Of a DNA stretch of 64,000 nt, positions 44,711 to 58,738 are shown in pieces. The stretch's first letter is position 1. Every line of letters starts with the position of its first letter. The stretch comes from Chrysomallon squamiferum (Eukaryota; Animalia; Mollusca): NCBI GenBank assembly GCA_012295275.1, contig CM022670.1, forward strand, positions 9,920,001 to 9,984,000, read 5' to 3'. The translations under genes and the position numbers were made by a program. The notes beneath the pieces are model-generated. The model had not been told where the DNA came from. It did no database searches and worked only from the letters and a program-made list of their open reading frames with translations.

Positions 44711-45541
44711 AAATAATAATAATAAAAATAAAAATATTTTATTTATTTGTGTCATTGATGGTTCTAAAGTATGAATTCATTTGAATAAATGAATAAATAA
44801 ATAAATAAATAAATAAATAATAGTAACGGCCATGCAGAACTGTAAGTTCGAACATTAAAAAACATAATAATACAGTAAACTGAGATTCCTTCCCTAACCT
44901 GTTTATTTCTGTTACTTCGTGGGGCTTTACAACACCGACGATATTCTAAACCACCAGAAAATTCTGGATCTGTCCTCGCTGTGTATATATAGAAGTATTT
45001 GTATTTAAATTATCAGTAGCACTATATATATATATATATATTAATTTATATTCAGTAACTGAATAGCTGTTTCATTATGAATAGCGTTTATTCTTTAAAT
45101 TGTTTCTCTCTGATGTTTATTAATACTGTTTGTATTTGATTATCAGTGTGAATTCACGTGGAGGTGTTGTTTGTTTTGTTCTTGTTGTGTGTGGGTTTTT
45201 GGGTGTTTATTTTGTTGTTGTTGTAGTTGTTGTTGTTTTTTTTTTCACTTGGGATTCGAACAAACTCTTATACCAGAAGGATGATATGTGACATGGCTAA
45301 CCGATTTCTTTTTTTCATCAAGGTGGTGAGTATCAACATTAACAAAATAATGTTAAAGCTGCTTTAGAAATGTCGTCGTAAGTAGTCGTGTAAATAAAAC
45401 TAATACATGCGTGTTAGTATGTGAACACTGACACGAGCTTGTAACACTGCGTGCGTGTTACGTGAATACAAAGAGTTTTCATGTCTCAAACGAGTGAATA
45501 TTCTTCAATAAATAATGTATTTTTGGTTCGATCAGGCCATG

Positions 45542-45904
<363 letters not shown>

Positions 45905-46157
45905 TGAACAAGCAAGTCACACACCCACACCCACACACACACAGACACATATACATATGATAATAACAACAATAACAATAATAGCAATAACAACAACAGT
46001 AATAATAATAATAATATACACAATCACCCACAATCTATGATTACACGATATAGTTTGCTATTATTATTATTATTAATATTATTTAAGGTATTTTGATTTC
46101 AAAACATCAGCAGAACTTGACTGTAACGATGCAGGTTCAGCGACGACAGCATCAGAC

Positions 46158-47297
46158 ATGACATCATGTGTACTTTTCATCTTACTTGTACTGGTTATTA
46201 GCTTGACAACATCAGCAATTCGAGGCAAAAACGAGAGTAAGTTTTAAAAACAAAAACCTCACTGTTAATAGTGAGCAAGATATATATGTCTAAACAAATG
46301 AATAAAAACAGTGCCATTTGAGAAGACATTCATAACCAATTAAAATTTCAAAACTATCACAATTATTTTTTTAAGATACACCTAATCAAAGTTGATTTAT
46401 TTATTGTTACCATTATTATTATTATTATTTTCAGCATTTTAAGTTGAAAACAGCCATTTTGAATATTTTGCTAAGTTTGCAACCTTTGACATTAGAAAAG
46501 AAAAAACGCTGAAATAAATCACAACAATCTTGGTATTGCCCAACAAGCAAGTCCAAAGATTGTAGCCGTATCATTTACTATTTTGTAATAAAGATAATTT
46601 ATAATACGAACAAACTAGGAAAATGTAAAATATAATCTTCTTTTATATTCGTTTGTTTTGTTGTTTTTGGGTTGTTTTTTTTATACTATGAAACTTAACT
46701 ACATCAAAGTTCTGTAAACTGCATTTTCAAATATACAGGGATTAAATTTTATGAGTTTGTTAATCATAAACAGGTCTATAAACCTGTCAAATTGGAGGTG
46801 AATCAGTGAAATCCTTATAGATTGATGACTTTTCAAATTTTAATATCGTCAGTAAAAATTAATAATATACTGGCTTCGTTCAAAAAGCCCGGTAAATTTT
46901 TGGAGGAATCAAACACATTGTAGTCTACAGTAACTATTCTGCAACAGTTGTGTTGGTTGTTTTGTCAGGGAGCTGTCGTAGTTCTATTGTGAACGAAGAC
47001 TTAACTTTGATGTTACGGTAAAGTTATCTGAATGATGAAGATGGGTGTCACAGACCCTATTTTTTCTAATAGAAGTTGCAGTAGTTTCTGTCGTCGTATT
47101 TTATACATTAATCGGGTATTTCAGTACAATTTTGTTCCGCTCAGCAAATAGTGACAAAGCCCGCGAAAGTGTCGCAGACGTGACCTATTTTTCAAGTAAG
47201 GCTGCTGTAAAATTACATATCAAAATAAAAGTACAAATATTATAATTTAGTCACCTTCTACATTGAAATATTATTATTTATAATTTATTTATTTATT

Positions 47298-47329
<32 letters not shown>

Positions 47330-48338
47330 GACTTTAATACCTTATAGATCAAATAAATAAACAGTTAAAAGAAAAGAAAAAGAAATGAAATAAAATCGAA
47401 AGGAAGAAGGAAAAATATTAATAATGATGATGATAATGATGATAAAGTATGTATGTAATATTTTCATTATAAAAATTTCAAGTGGTGCAAAGTACTGATT
47501 TTATTTGGAAGATTAACAAAAGCAAGTGCATAGAATTGGGAAATATCTATGCATTAGAGATTTGGTTTGGAGTTTAGATAATTTATTGTTTGCACTAACG
47601 ATATTAATATTGGCAATAGTATAAATGTAAATACTAAAATAATGAAAAGAATAAAATGTATATAATTTTATTTCTTATTCACTTTATAATTATTTTTGCC
47701 AGGAATAATACAACAGTTTTGAGCTTTGTGATTGTTATTTATTTATTTATTTATTAAGCACGAGTTGAAAACGTTCCCAACATTCAATCAAATATACAAT
47801 TTTAGTAAACCCATGCTGCTAAACATTTTCTGAAATGTGCAGTTGTCTCCCTTGGCCCAGTCTCGTATTCATCCAGTTGCATCGCCATACAACTTATTCA
47901 TTCAAACACATAAATATAAAACTTGCGATGACATCACACTCACATAAAGTTATTTAAATAATATATTGGAGACATCTAACACTATCGCAAGTATATTATA
48001 TTACTGTTTACTTACTCGTTATTTATTTATTTATTTATTTATTTATTTGTTGGTTTGTTTGTTTGTTTGTTTATTTTATTTTATTTTATTTTATTTTATT
48101 TTATTTTTTTTTCCCCAGGAAAATGCTCACGGTTATCGTTTGGTCGTGACTGCAGATACCGGTGTCACTGTCGAGGTGATGACGAGTGCGACAACGTCAC
48201 AGGAGAATGTAAAGACGAGTGTGAATTTGGATGGTCAGGCAAAGCATGCCAACGACGTTAGTACTTTACATCAATAAATGTTATTTATACTGTATTCCAG
48301 ATCTAGATAGTCACTGACTTCTACATATTTAAACTTCT

Positions 48339-48419
<81 letters not shown>

Positions 48420-49530
48420 ATTTAACAGAAAGTAAAAAAATGTAAGATTAGAAAATATATATTGCCATATATATGAAAATGATAATGATGATTATAGTGA
48501 TGATAATAAATAAAATGAAAAACTCAGCAAATATATATAATTCAGAAATAAAATGGTAATTTTGTGACATACACTTTTCTATCGTGGTCGATACTTCCTC
48601 TACAATCAAAACTTGGAATATTTATTTTACGAAAACTAAGTCCAGATATCTGACACATAATAATAATGTCTTGAAGTTTTTATTATTAATATTATTATTA
48701 TTATTATTATTTAATGAATATAGAATATGTTGAGGAGTTCTTCTTCTTATCATTATTATTATCATCATCATTATTATTATGCCGACATACTTTGACAAAT
48801 ATTCTATCATTCACAGGCAACATCGCCCTAGGTAAGCCAGCTACTATAAGAACAAACCAGAATGGCGGTGCTGGCGTGGATGGTAACGTGATGACGTGTA
48901 TTTCGTCCAGACGTAACAGAACAGGCTGGTGGAAAATAGACCTTCTGACCACATACACAATCTACAGCATGAAGATCGTTGCAGGTAGGGGAGAAATGGA
49001 GAATCTTAGCTTCTGGTGCCATAAATAAATCATATCGGAGAGATGTTACGTATGTTATAGTATCTATTCATAACGTAACTGCCTTCCAGTGTACACTGGA
49101 ACAAGTGTAGCTTAACTGCAGCTCCAAACCGATAAAATTGCAGCGTTCATGAAACGGCAAGATGGCAGTGTTTCCTTGTTGTACTATTTTATTAGCAGAC
49201 AATGTTTAGTTATTAAACAGAGAGGCAGGACACAAAATGCAACGCTAACATGAGATGCTCGACAATTTATCCCAGATGTTTTTTTTTTACATATAGTCTT
49301 TAACAGAAGTTTTTTCACCGAGTGCCTATTAGCGTGATACAGAAGCAATAATCTTGCAGTTGTTTCAATGTCATTACGCCAATGTGTGCTTATCCAGCTT
49401 GACATCACGATCGGATTTTAGCCTTAGCTGACCACTGAGAATTTGGTGGAGATGGAGAAAAGAGGAATAGAGAGAGAAATGGAAATATGTACACAGAAAA
49501 AAGAATAAATATAAATGCAGACCTGAAGTA

Positions 49531-49613
<83 letters not shown>

Positions 49614-49885
49614 GCAAAAGAAGCTGAATGTCTTACAATTTTTCCCTCTGTCTGTATTTTACAGAAAGTAATATGTCAGTTCGTGGTTGGCGAGTACATG
49701 TCAGTGACCATGAAAGTTTATTCTGGACGAAGTCATGTACCACGTTGCGACACCGTGGCTCTACAACGTATTTCTCGTGCGACGTGCCAATGGAAGGACA
49801 GTATGTAGGAGTATTTAATCTAGGATCACCTGTGTCCGTGTGCGAATTTGAAATATATTGTGAGTATAAAAAATATATAACATTG

Positions 49886-49938
<53 letters not shown>

Positions 49939-50042
49939 CTGTAGAATCAGTTCTCCTCGGTGAACCACACTAGACTATTTACCTTACCTTTAATGTCCGA
50001 AGATTGGTTTATCTGAGAAAGGTCAAAGTATGTGCTTTGTGT

Positions 50043-50096
<54 letters not shown>

Positions 50097-50107
50097 TGAA
50101 GGAGAAG

Positions 50108-50139
<32 letters not shown>

Positions 50140-50846
50140 AAGAACAAGAAGAACAAACAACACCAAATCAAAAAGCATAATACCTAACAGACAGAGTATC
50201 CTCTGACTGAGAACAGCTCAGACGGACATTTGGTTCTCCAAATATCCATCTGAGCTGTTCTCCGCCAGAGGATACTAGGGCTAAACACGTAACTAACACA
50301 TCATTCGTTTACATACATCTAACCACATATAAACAATTATACACATGTAATTTGTTATTTTTGTCTGTGTCTCCTAAGCATAACAAAAAACTGTTAAATA
50401 AATACTTCTAATATAAAAATGAAATAATTTAATAGCTGTGTTTGATCACGTTTCTTTTCACTTCAGCCTGTTCAGATTTCACTTTTGGCTTAGAATGCAC
50501 GGAATGCAAGTGCAACGATGAAACAGAAATATGTGACGTCATTCATGGCACGTGCAGCTCTGGGTGTTTAGCAGGATATTCAGGACCAAGTTGTCAATCA
50601 GGTTCTTGCCTCGTTTTCATTATTACGTCTTTTTCTTCGACTTGTTTTCTCTCTAATCTTTATTCTTTATGCTGCTTTTAAAACAAACAAACAAACAAAC
50701 AACAACAACAATAATAATAATAAATGAAATAAACAAAAAGTTCATTTTATAAATTATTTTTGTGCAACATATTTTATTCATTTCTCACTTTACATTGCTA
50801 CATTTAGTCTTCTTTCTTTCTTTTTAACACCTTTTTATAATATTTG

Positions 50847-50902
<56 letters not shown>

Positions 50903-51251
50903 TTAGAATTAAATTTTAAAAGTTGTTCTGTATAAGTTTGACAAGATGACAAATAAATCCATGATTGTTTTAAAATTTCTTTGTTATTTTTTTTATTTAA
51001 GGAGTACTTCCTTATTCACTTGTTTATATTATGTTATATTAATTATGCTGTGTTATGTTATGTTATATTTATATTTTACAGCCTGTGTTATGTCTTACGG
51101 TGAAAACTGTGTGAACGACTGTGGACACTGCCAAGGAAACGAAACATGTGACCCTAAGACAGGGGTGTGTCCTGGGGGATGCGGGAAGGGCTGGATGGGA
51201 CGCAGATGTGATAAAAGTAAGTTTATTACAAAATGTTCATCTGTATGAGAC

Positions 51252-51340
<89 letters not shown>

Positions 51341-51608
51341 ATTTATCAGAACACACTCTATATAACACAAACAGAAGAAGCTGAAGAATAATTAAATTTT
51401 ACAGTTCTGAAAATATTAACTTGCAGAATGTTCGGCGGGACACTACGGCTGGAAATGCAGTTCCTTGTGTGGACAGTGTCTCGGAGGTGTCGTCTGCTCG
51501 GCAGAAGATGGACATTGTCCTGGCAGGTGTTCTTCTGGGTGGAACGGGAACAAAATGTGATCAAGGTAAACAGCAGTTATCAGGTGTGCTAAGAATATGT
51601 CAACAAAC

Positions 51609-51678
<70 letters not shown>

Positions 51679-52017
51679 ATTAATTAATTCTATTCAAAAC
51701 AATTACTTGTTTATCGATACAGCTACAACTGTCAATGTTACTACTGGTATTACTAGTACCATTATTGCTATTACTTCTAATAAGACCACTACAGTGACCA
51801 CTACTACTACTACTATTACTACTACTTCAAACAACAATAATAATAATATTGTTTTTGTTGCTCTACAGTTTGTCCATCTGGATGGTATGGAAGTAACTGC
51901 GAGTTTTCTTGCGGGAAATGCAAGATGGCGTCATGCGACAGTGAAACAGGGGAATGTATTAAAGGTTGTGAAGATGGCTGGGAAGGTCGATTTTGTACTT
52001 ACGGTAATTGTTGTTGA

Positions 52018-52052
<35 letters not shown>

Positions 52053-53980
52053 GTTGTTGTTGTTGTTGTTACAATAAATTTAGCGATTTTTATTTCACTT
52101 ATTTAAAAAAGTTATCACCTAGAAATTTATTTTATATTTTGTTTCCGTTTATGTTATTGTTGTTTTATTCATTTATTTCTGAAACAGTTATTTTAAAATT
52201 TAGTTTTTCGTTATTTTTTTATTTATACATAAATAAATAATAAAAGTTCAGTAATTAGTTAACCATAGTTCTTTAGCTCCAACGTCTCAACAAAACGAAT
52301 TTAACATTAAGTATCTTCATTAACAATCGTTATCGTCATCTTCAACACCAAGAACAACATCATCAATGTTATCACCTTCAGCAACATCATGTTGGGACTT
52401 CTGTTTTTCAGAGTGTTTGCCTGGTATGTACGGTCCTGCCTGCAGTGTAAAATGTGGTAATTGTGCAACTCCTCCCTGTAACAGAGTTGATGGAAGATGC
52501 AATGAAGATGGCTGCGTCATTGGTTTCTACGGGCAACAGTGCCACGACGGTGAGTTCTTGTCTCACGAGCAATATCAGAAATATTTTCAAAATCAATGTT
52601 GGATAAGCAAATGTTTGTCCGGAATTTAAAAATACTGGTCAAAATGGTTGTGGGAAAAGTTGATTTTTCTGACTGAAGACAAATGATCGAATTACAAGCA
52701 TTGGGATGTCAGTGGATAATAATAATTACGCTTATGTTTAGAAAATTAAACAAACTATAATAAAAAACCTTATTTTCAACAAACCTTATTTATTTCCTTT
52801 TACCAGTTCAGATACAGATTTAGTTTTTTCTTACAAAAAATTAGCTGTTTAACATATTCGTTAATCAATATTTAATGTTTCTGTCATAAAGCATGTAATC
52901 CCGGATTCTACGGCCAAGACTGCAAGAAGAAATGTGGACACTGCGCTGGGAACCCGTCTTGTGACACGTACACTGGAAGATGTGCTGACAAATGCAAACC
53001 AGGCTGGACCGGAGACAACTGCCAGCAAGGTATCTGCAGTCCAGTTTGTTCCGTCCCATACTTTATTAGTAACAAACATTGACAGGTAGTAACGAATAAA
53101 ACAAACATTTAAAGATGTACAGAAAAACGTGAATACACTCTTTGTAATAATGACCCTTTATTTGACTATTATTTTATTCATAGTATTCGTGATTAGTGAT
53201 AATTAAAACGAACATTTATAAAAACGTCCATATTTTAGTGTATATTACTTTTATCATAAAACATATAAAACCTGATCACAGTATTTCATACGTATTTACA
53301 TAATTAATCTTATTAAGCAATAGTTAAAAATTATGACATTGTTAATGGCCTTTTAATCAGAGTGCCCTGGCGGAACATGGGGAGATAACTGCATAATGAC
53401 GTGTGGCTTGTGCTATCAAAACAAAGACTGTAATCCAGAAACTGGGCTCTGTGATCAAGGTTGTTTCGACGGCTTCAGCGGAACATACTGTACAATAGGT
53501 TTGTATCTGAGGGCTTAGATTTATATTTTAATTTATCCTTCATCAACTTTGTAAGTTACAAAACACACAAAGAAACACACACACACACACACATACATAC
53601 ATACATACATATATACATACATACATTCATAATTCATAAACAAATTCATACATTAATAACACATACATTCATACATACACACACACACATTCATTCATTC
53701 ACAAACATATATATGCACACACATACACATACGGTCACCTGCACAGATACATACACATAATACTGCATTTAAATGAACGGTTTCAATTTCAGAGAAGGAG
53801 TTTCATGACGAGGCCAGCAATCTGCTGGCGCCATTCATGGCCATCACGGTGAGCATCTTGATGGCCGTCTTCATCTTCCTTGTCGTTTGTCTCGTCTTCA
53901 AATGGCGCTCAGAGTACACCATCGAGGAACTGCAAGAGCAGAAGAGAGAATCAGAATTTCTCCTCAGAATTAACAGCTGA
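46158..53980 (+). CDS. MEGF10/SREC-like multiple-EGF type I membrane protein with an F-type lectin (fucolectin/F5-8C-like) domain; 12 exons, about 574 aa after correcting one +1 frameshift
   Basis: Exons: 46158-46236 (signal peptide MTSCVLFILLVLVISLTTSA), 48119-48256 (EGF), 48817-48984 and 49665-49859 (NIALGKPA..GVDGN..C..WWKIDL..GQYV..VCEFEIY), seven phase-1 EGF exons 50467-50601, 51082-51216, 51427-51565, 51869-52003, 52412-52549, 52892-53029, 53361-53498, then 53793-53980 (TM LLAPFMAITVSILMAVFIFLVVCLVF, 26-aa tail, TGA). Confidence 0.88.
48343..48416. repeat. (AG)n microsatellite
   Basis: Read directly. Similar tracts lie at about 49534-49610, 51255-51338, 56153-56238 (CT) and 58647-58735. 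Confidence 0.9.
50195..50276. repeat. 82-nt inverted repeat/hairpin (39-bp arms, 4 mismatches, TTCT loop); possible palindromic MITE-like element
   Basis: Left arm is AGTATCCTCTGACTGAGAACAGCTCAGACGGACATTTGG. The reverse complement of the right arm is AGTATCCTCTGGCGGAGAACAGCTCAGATGGATATTTGG. Confidence 0.85.
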
Positions 53981-54165
53981 AAGTCGATTCCAAATCTCAC
54001 TTTTAAAAGCCCATATATCATTTTTAACTGTGAAACGTTCTTAGCTCAAAGGATGAATAACAGCATTAAACGTTATCACAATTTTTGCTGAAACAGTTCC
54101 ACAACATGAAAGTCGCTATAAACTGTTTATAACATAAGGACTGTTATTACCAGACAGACAGACAG

Positions 54166-54200
<35 letters not shown>

Positions 54201-55467
54201 TGGGGTTCCAAACTTGATGCCTTAACTAAATATGACTAAATACAAACAGTGATATTACGTAAATGAGTTTCTGCATCAGTCTTGAGCAACCAGTGAACGA
54301 TAATTATATTTTAAAAAAAACAATGGCTCTAAAAATGTACTAGCAACAACAATTAAATAATGTCTTACAATAACAAGACTTCAATCGCATATGTCCAGGG
54401 CAAAAACATTCCAATGGACTATTCCAGGATAAATATTGCCTTCTTATTTCCCTGTAATTGCTGAATTAGTTTAGTTCTAGCCCCTTATTTAAGTGGTAAA
54501 GTTTGTGATATTTGCCTTTTCATTGTTCTCGGAAAAAATATACGTTTTTTGGTGGTAGATGTGGCAGTTTTCTTTCGATATCTGCAATTAACCGTTAAAA
54601 AAAAAAAAAAAAAAATGACCATTACAACGCTAATTATTAGGCACAAACAATACGCTAAAATATAGGCCAGATGTATATGACTTAAAGATTCGTTTTTATC
54701 TTATTTTTCAGTAAAACTGTTGTAGAATGAGAATACTGTAGGTGATGAGAACTTTGTGTGTGTGCGTACATATTTATGTATATTTACTTGTGTGTCTGCG
54801 AGTGTGTAAATGAGTAGAAATACGTAAAACTATTTTTAAAAAAAATAATTTCTGAACATGTAACATTATTTCTCCTTTTGACAATAAAATGAATAAACTG
54901 ACATAATAATATAGTTGTTATCTTTTAAAATTCTTTTATACACTGTAAATATAAATAACGACAATTATTTTTATACATTTTAAACAATAAATAAATACAT
55001 TCATTCATTCATTCATTCGTTTGTTGATTCATTAAATAAATAATAAAATCTGAGAGAAAACAAAAAGACATTACGAATGTATCCCACATGAAATGACGTA
55101 ATGATAAAATGGAAAAATACCCTTAACACTGTGTTTCTCAAAACTGGCGTCAGCGGATTTGAGTAAAATTAACTTTTAATGATTTTTTAAAAAATGAGAG
55201 CATTACTTACGTATAATAATGCAACAGAATAAAATGTATTATACGATGACGAAGAAAAAGTTGCAAACCAGATACAAGTACTTTAATGTTTCCGACGTAC
55301 TTAATTTAAATATAAACAGTATGGGGACATGGCGATCAGCATCCGTAATGTTAGCCAACAGACTATTTATTGTTTTTTTGTGTTTTTTTCGTGTGTGTGT
55401 TTTTTTTTCAGTTGTTGTAGTTATTGTTGTTGATTTTTGATGATCAGAAATACATACGTATGTACAT

Positions 55468-55536
<69 letters not shown>

Positions 55537-56149
55537 TGTATGTATGTATGTACCACCACACATACACACACACTACATTATATAATACATGCAAACATGC
55601 TTACAAACCTACCTACATACAAACATGGACACAAATATAAATACATTTATACATGCTTATACACACTCACACACACAAAGAAATATATATGATTATTACT
55701 ATATATACCTATATCAACATGAATTTTAATGAAGCTATATACTGAATGCTGTAAATGTCAGTTTTGTCATAGGAACAATCGCAACAAGATCATGTAGGAA
55801 CAGACCAGGGTCCTTAACAATTACAATGAATGGAAAATAAGTACAACAGCCATAACCTTAACATGCGGTCATTGAAAATAATTTAAACAAAATTCCAAAT
55901 CCGCCAGTAAGTATAATCAATAACAGTTCATTTAAAAGCCTTTGATACACACAGAATTATAATTAAATTATTTTGTTCAAAACAACTGTACAATGAAACT
56001 CTTAGCAAAATAACTGCCTGAGGCAAAGGGAATTCAAACAAGAAAGCAAACCCTGAATTAGCTGGAAAATATAAAAACCAAATATGAGACCAGAGCCATC
56101 TTAAAATGTACATCATTCTTTGTTTTGTTTTACGTGAGTCTTCTTAGTA

Positions 56150-56241
<92 letters not shown>

Positions 56242-57323
56242 CATCTGAACAAATGACTGTCTAAATATGTCTATCTATCTATCTGTTTATATGTGTGTGT
56301 GTTTTTGTGTATATATGTATGTATATGTGTCTACGTCTATATTTGTATGTGTCTATGTAAATATAATGCTTAGTTTAAGATACATATTATTTATTTATTT
56401 ATTACACGATACATGTTTTAAAATAAATACATGCCTATATATGTATATATATATATATATTTTTTTTTAGTACATTTAACATAATTAACATTTTTTGGCT
56501 ATGACAGTTTTTAATGTTACCGGTTCGTATTACATACGTGTAGCTAACTGATAAAGGAAAGGCATAGATAGGAGTAAATTGTGAAATACATTTGATAACA
56601 TCGACATCAAGTTCACGGATGAGAAATAGCTTGCAAATTAGTAATGCATATTATTTTAACGTAAGTAGACGACAATGTAAAATTGTATTTAATAACTGAA
56701 GTTATGCATCATATCTGAACGGGTAAAATAAATTTTCTAAATTCTGAACGTTTTTAAAAAAAAAATGATAATAATATAATATAAAATAATACAATACCGT
56801 ATAATATAATATAATATAATATAAAACGTTACTCTCTCTGTCGTTTCTGCAGCTACTACTACCATTACTACCATTACTACTACTATAGCTCTAAAGCAGC
56901 AATAACTAGTGTTATTAGTACTACTACTACTACTACTACTGTTTATTTATATATTTATTTATTTTTGTTCTAAAAAGTACAATCCTTTTCTTTTTCTTTC
57001 TTTCAGGTTGAGCCACAACATAAAATATTACATACAACCTTGTCAAAGAGATTTTCATCAAAATACACGACAGAAATACATAAGGAAACATCATCATATT
57101 ATAACTGTATGACGTAAACGAAAGAGGCTTGACGATTAATCATACAAATAAAAAATATTAATTTGCATACCAAAGTCGACTAAGTACGTAAAAAAACAAC
57201 AACAAACCAGCAGTTGTAACAAATACGTCGACGGCAGTGTCGTCTAGCTCAGTACAAAATTAACAGCCTGAAGTGAAAAATCGACTTCCGGCAATACATC
57301 CGGTTACAAGTTCGTTCGTAAAG

Positions 57324-57503
57324 ATGTCGGTCACGAAATTGGCTGTGCTGGCGATAGTGCTGAGTATTTGTTTTTCGTATTCACAAGGTAAAATACAAAT
57401 TACTATTTCTAGTGTGTTTGCTTACATTACTGTTTAGTGGAATTTGTATTTGAAAATAATGTTCCTATTGTCTGCACTAGTGTTTTTATTTTACAGAATT
57501 TCT

Positions 57504-57593
<90 letters not shown>

Positions 57594-58644
57594 CTCCCCC
57601 CCCTCTCTCCCTCTCTCTCTCACTCACACACACACACACATACACACATACACACACGCACAGAGTCGAGAAAACTTGTTATAGTTAGCAATCATCTACA
57701 AACTGTTAGTACACTAGGATTCATCTGTTTTAAGTAATACAAAACATGTGTTCTACGAGCTAAACATAGAGACCTGGATATGTTTGGGGTTTTTTTTTGT
57801 TCTGTTTCTTTTCCCGATAATGTGATAAAGGAGAGAAAAAAGTGTATAATATTATTCAACAACTGAATGTTTAAAACACCTTAATCCATTAATTTTAGTG
57901 CCGATTACAAGGTATCTAACTATATGCCTCTTGTGTAATAATATTATGAGAGGGATAATAATAATAAATTATAAAATCTTTCTTGTGATATTTCTGTTCG
58001 AACCAGTGACCAACAACTGGCATGTGCTGTCTGGTTTATGTATGCATTATTGTTAATCGGCAGTAAAGACTGCAGACAATTTTCTCTCAGCTATCGTTAT
58101 TGGCGACTATTGGTCAAAGGACATCTAAACTGTTATTATTATTATTGTTGTTGTTGTTGTTTTTGTTCTGTTTTTGTTGTTGTTGTTATTATTATGTTGT
58201 TGTTGTTTTTGCAAATATTTTTTATATAACCCTATTAATATAGGCTGGCTAGTGCCCTCTGATTCGAGAAGTAAAATCTGTTACGGTGTTTGGGGATGTT
58301 TTCACAAGAAGTGGCCATTTCAGAAAACTGAGCTGCCTAGACGACCTAACCAGCTTGGAGTTCAGTTCAAACTGTACACCAAATACCACCCAGTTCGTAC
58401 GATATCGGTTACCGAGACTAGTGCGTCACTGCGTTCCAAAAACGCCTTCTTCCCTAATCGTCCCACAAAAATAATCATCCATGGTTACCAAGACTCCGGA
58501 CGAAATTCATGGGTTTTACGGATGGTTGAAGAACTTTTGAAAAAGGTCAGTGTTTGCTAATAATTATTTTTATTATTTAGTTTCTTATTAGAAAATATTA
58601 ATTACACAGTGGATTGTTTAATTTAATTTAATTGTTTATAAGCG

Positions 58645-58738
<94 letters not shown>

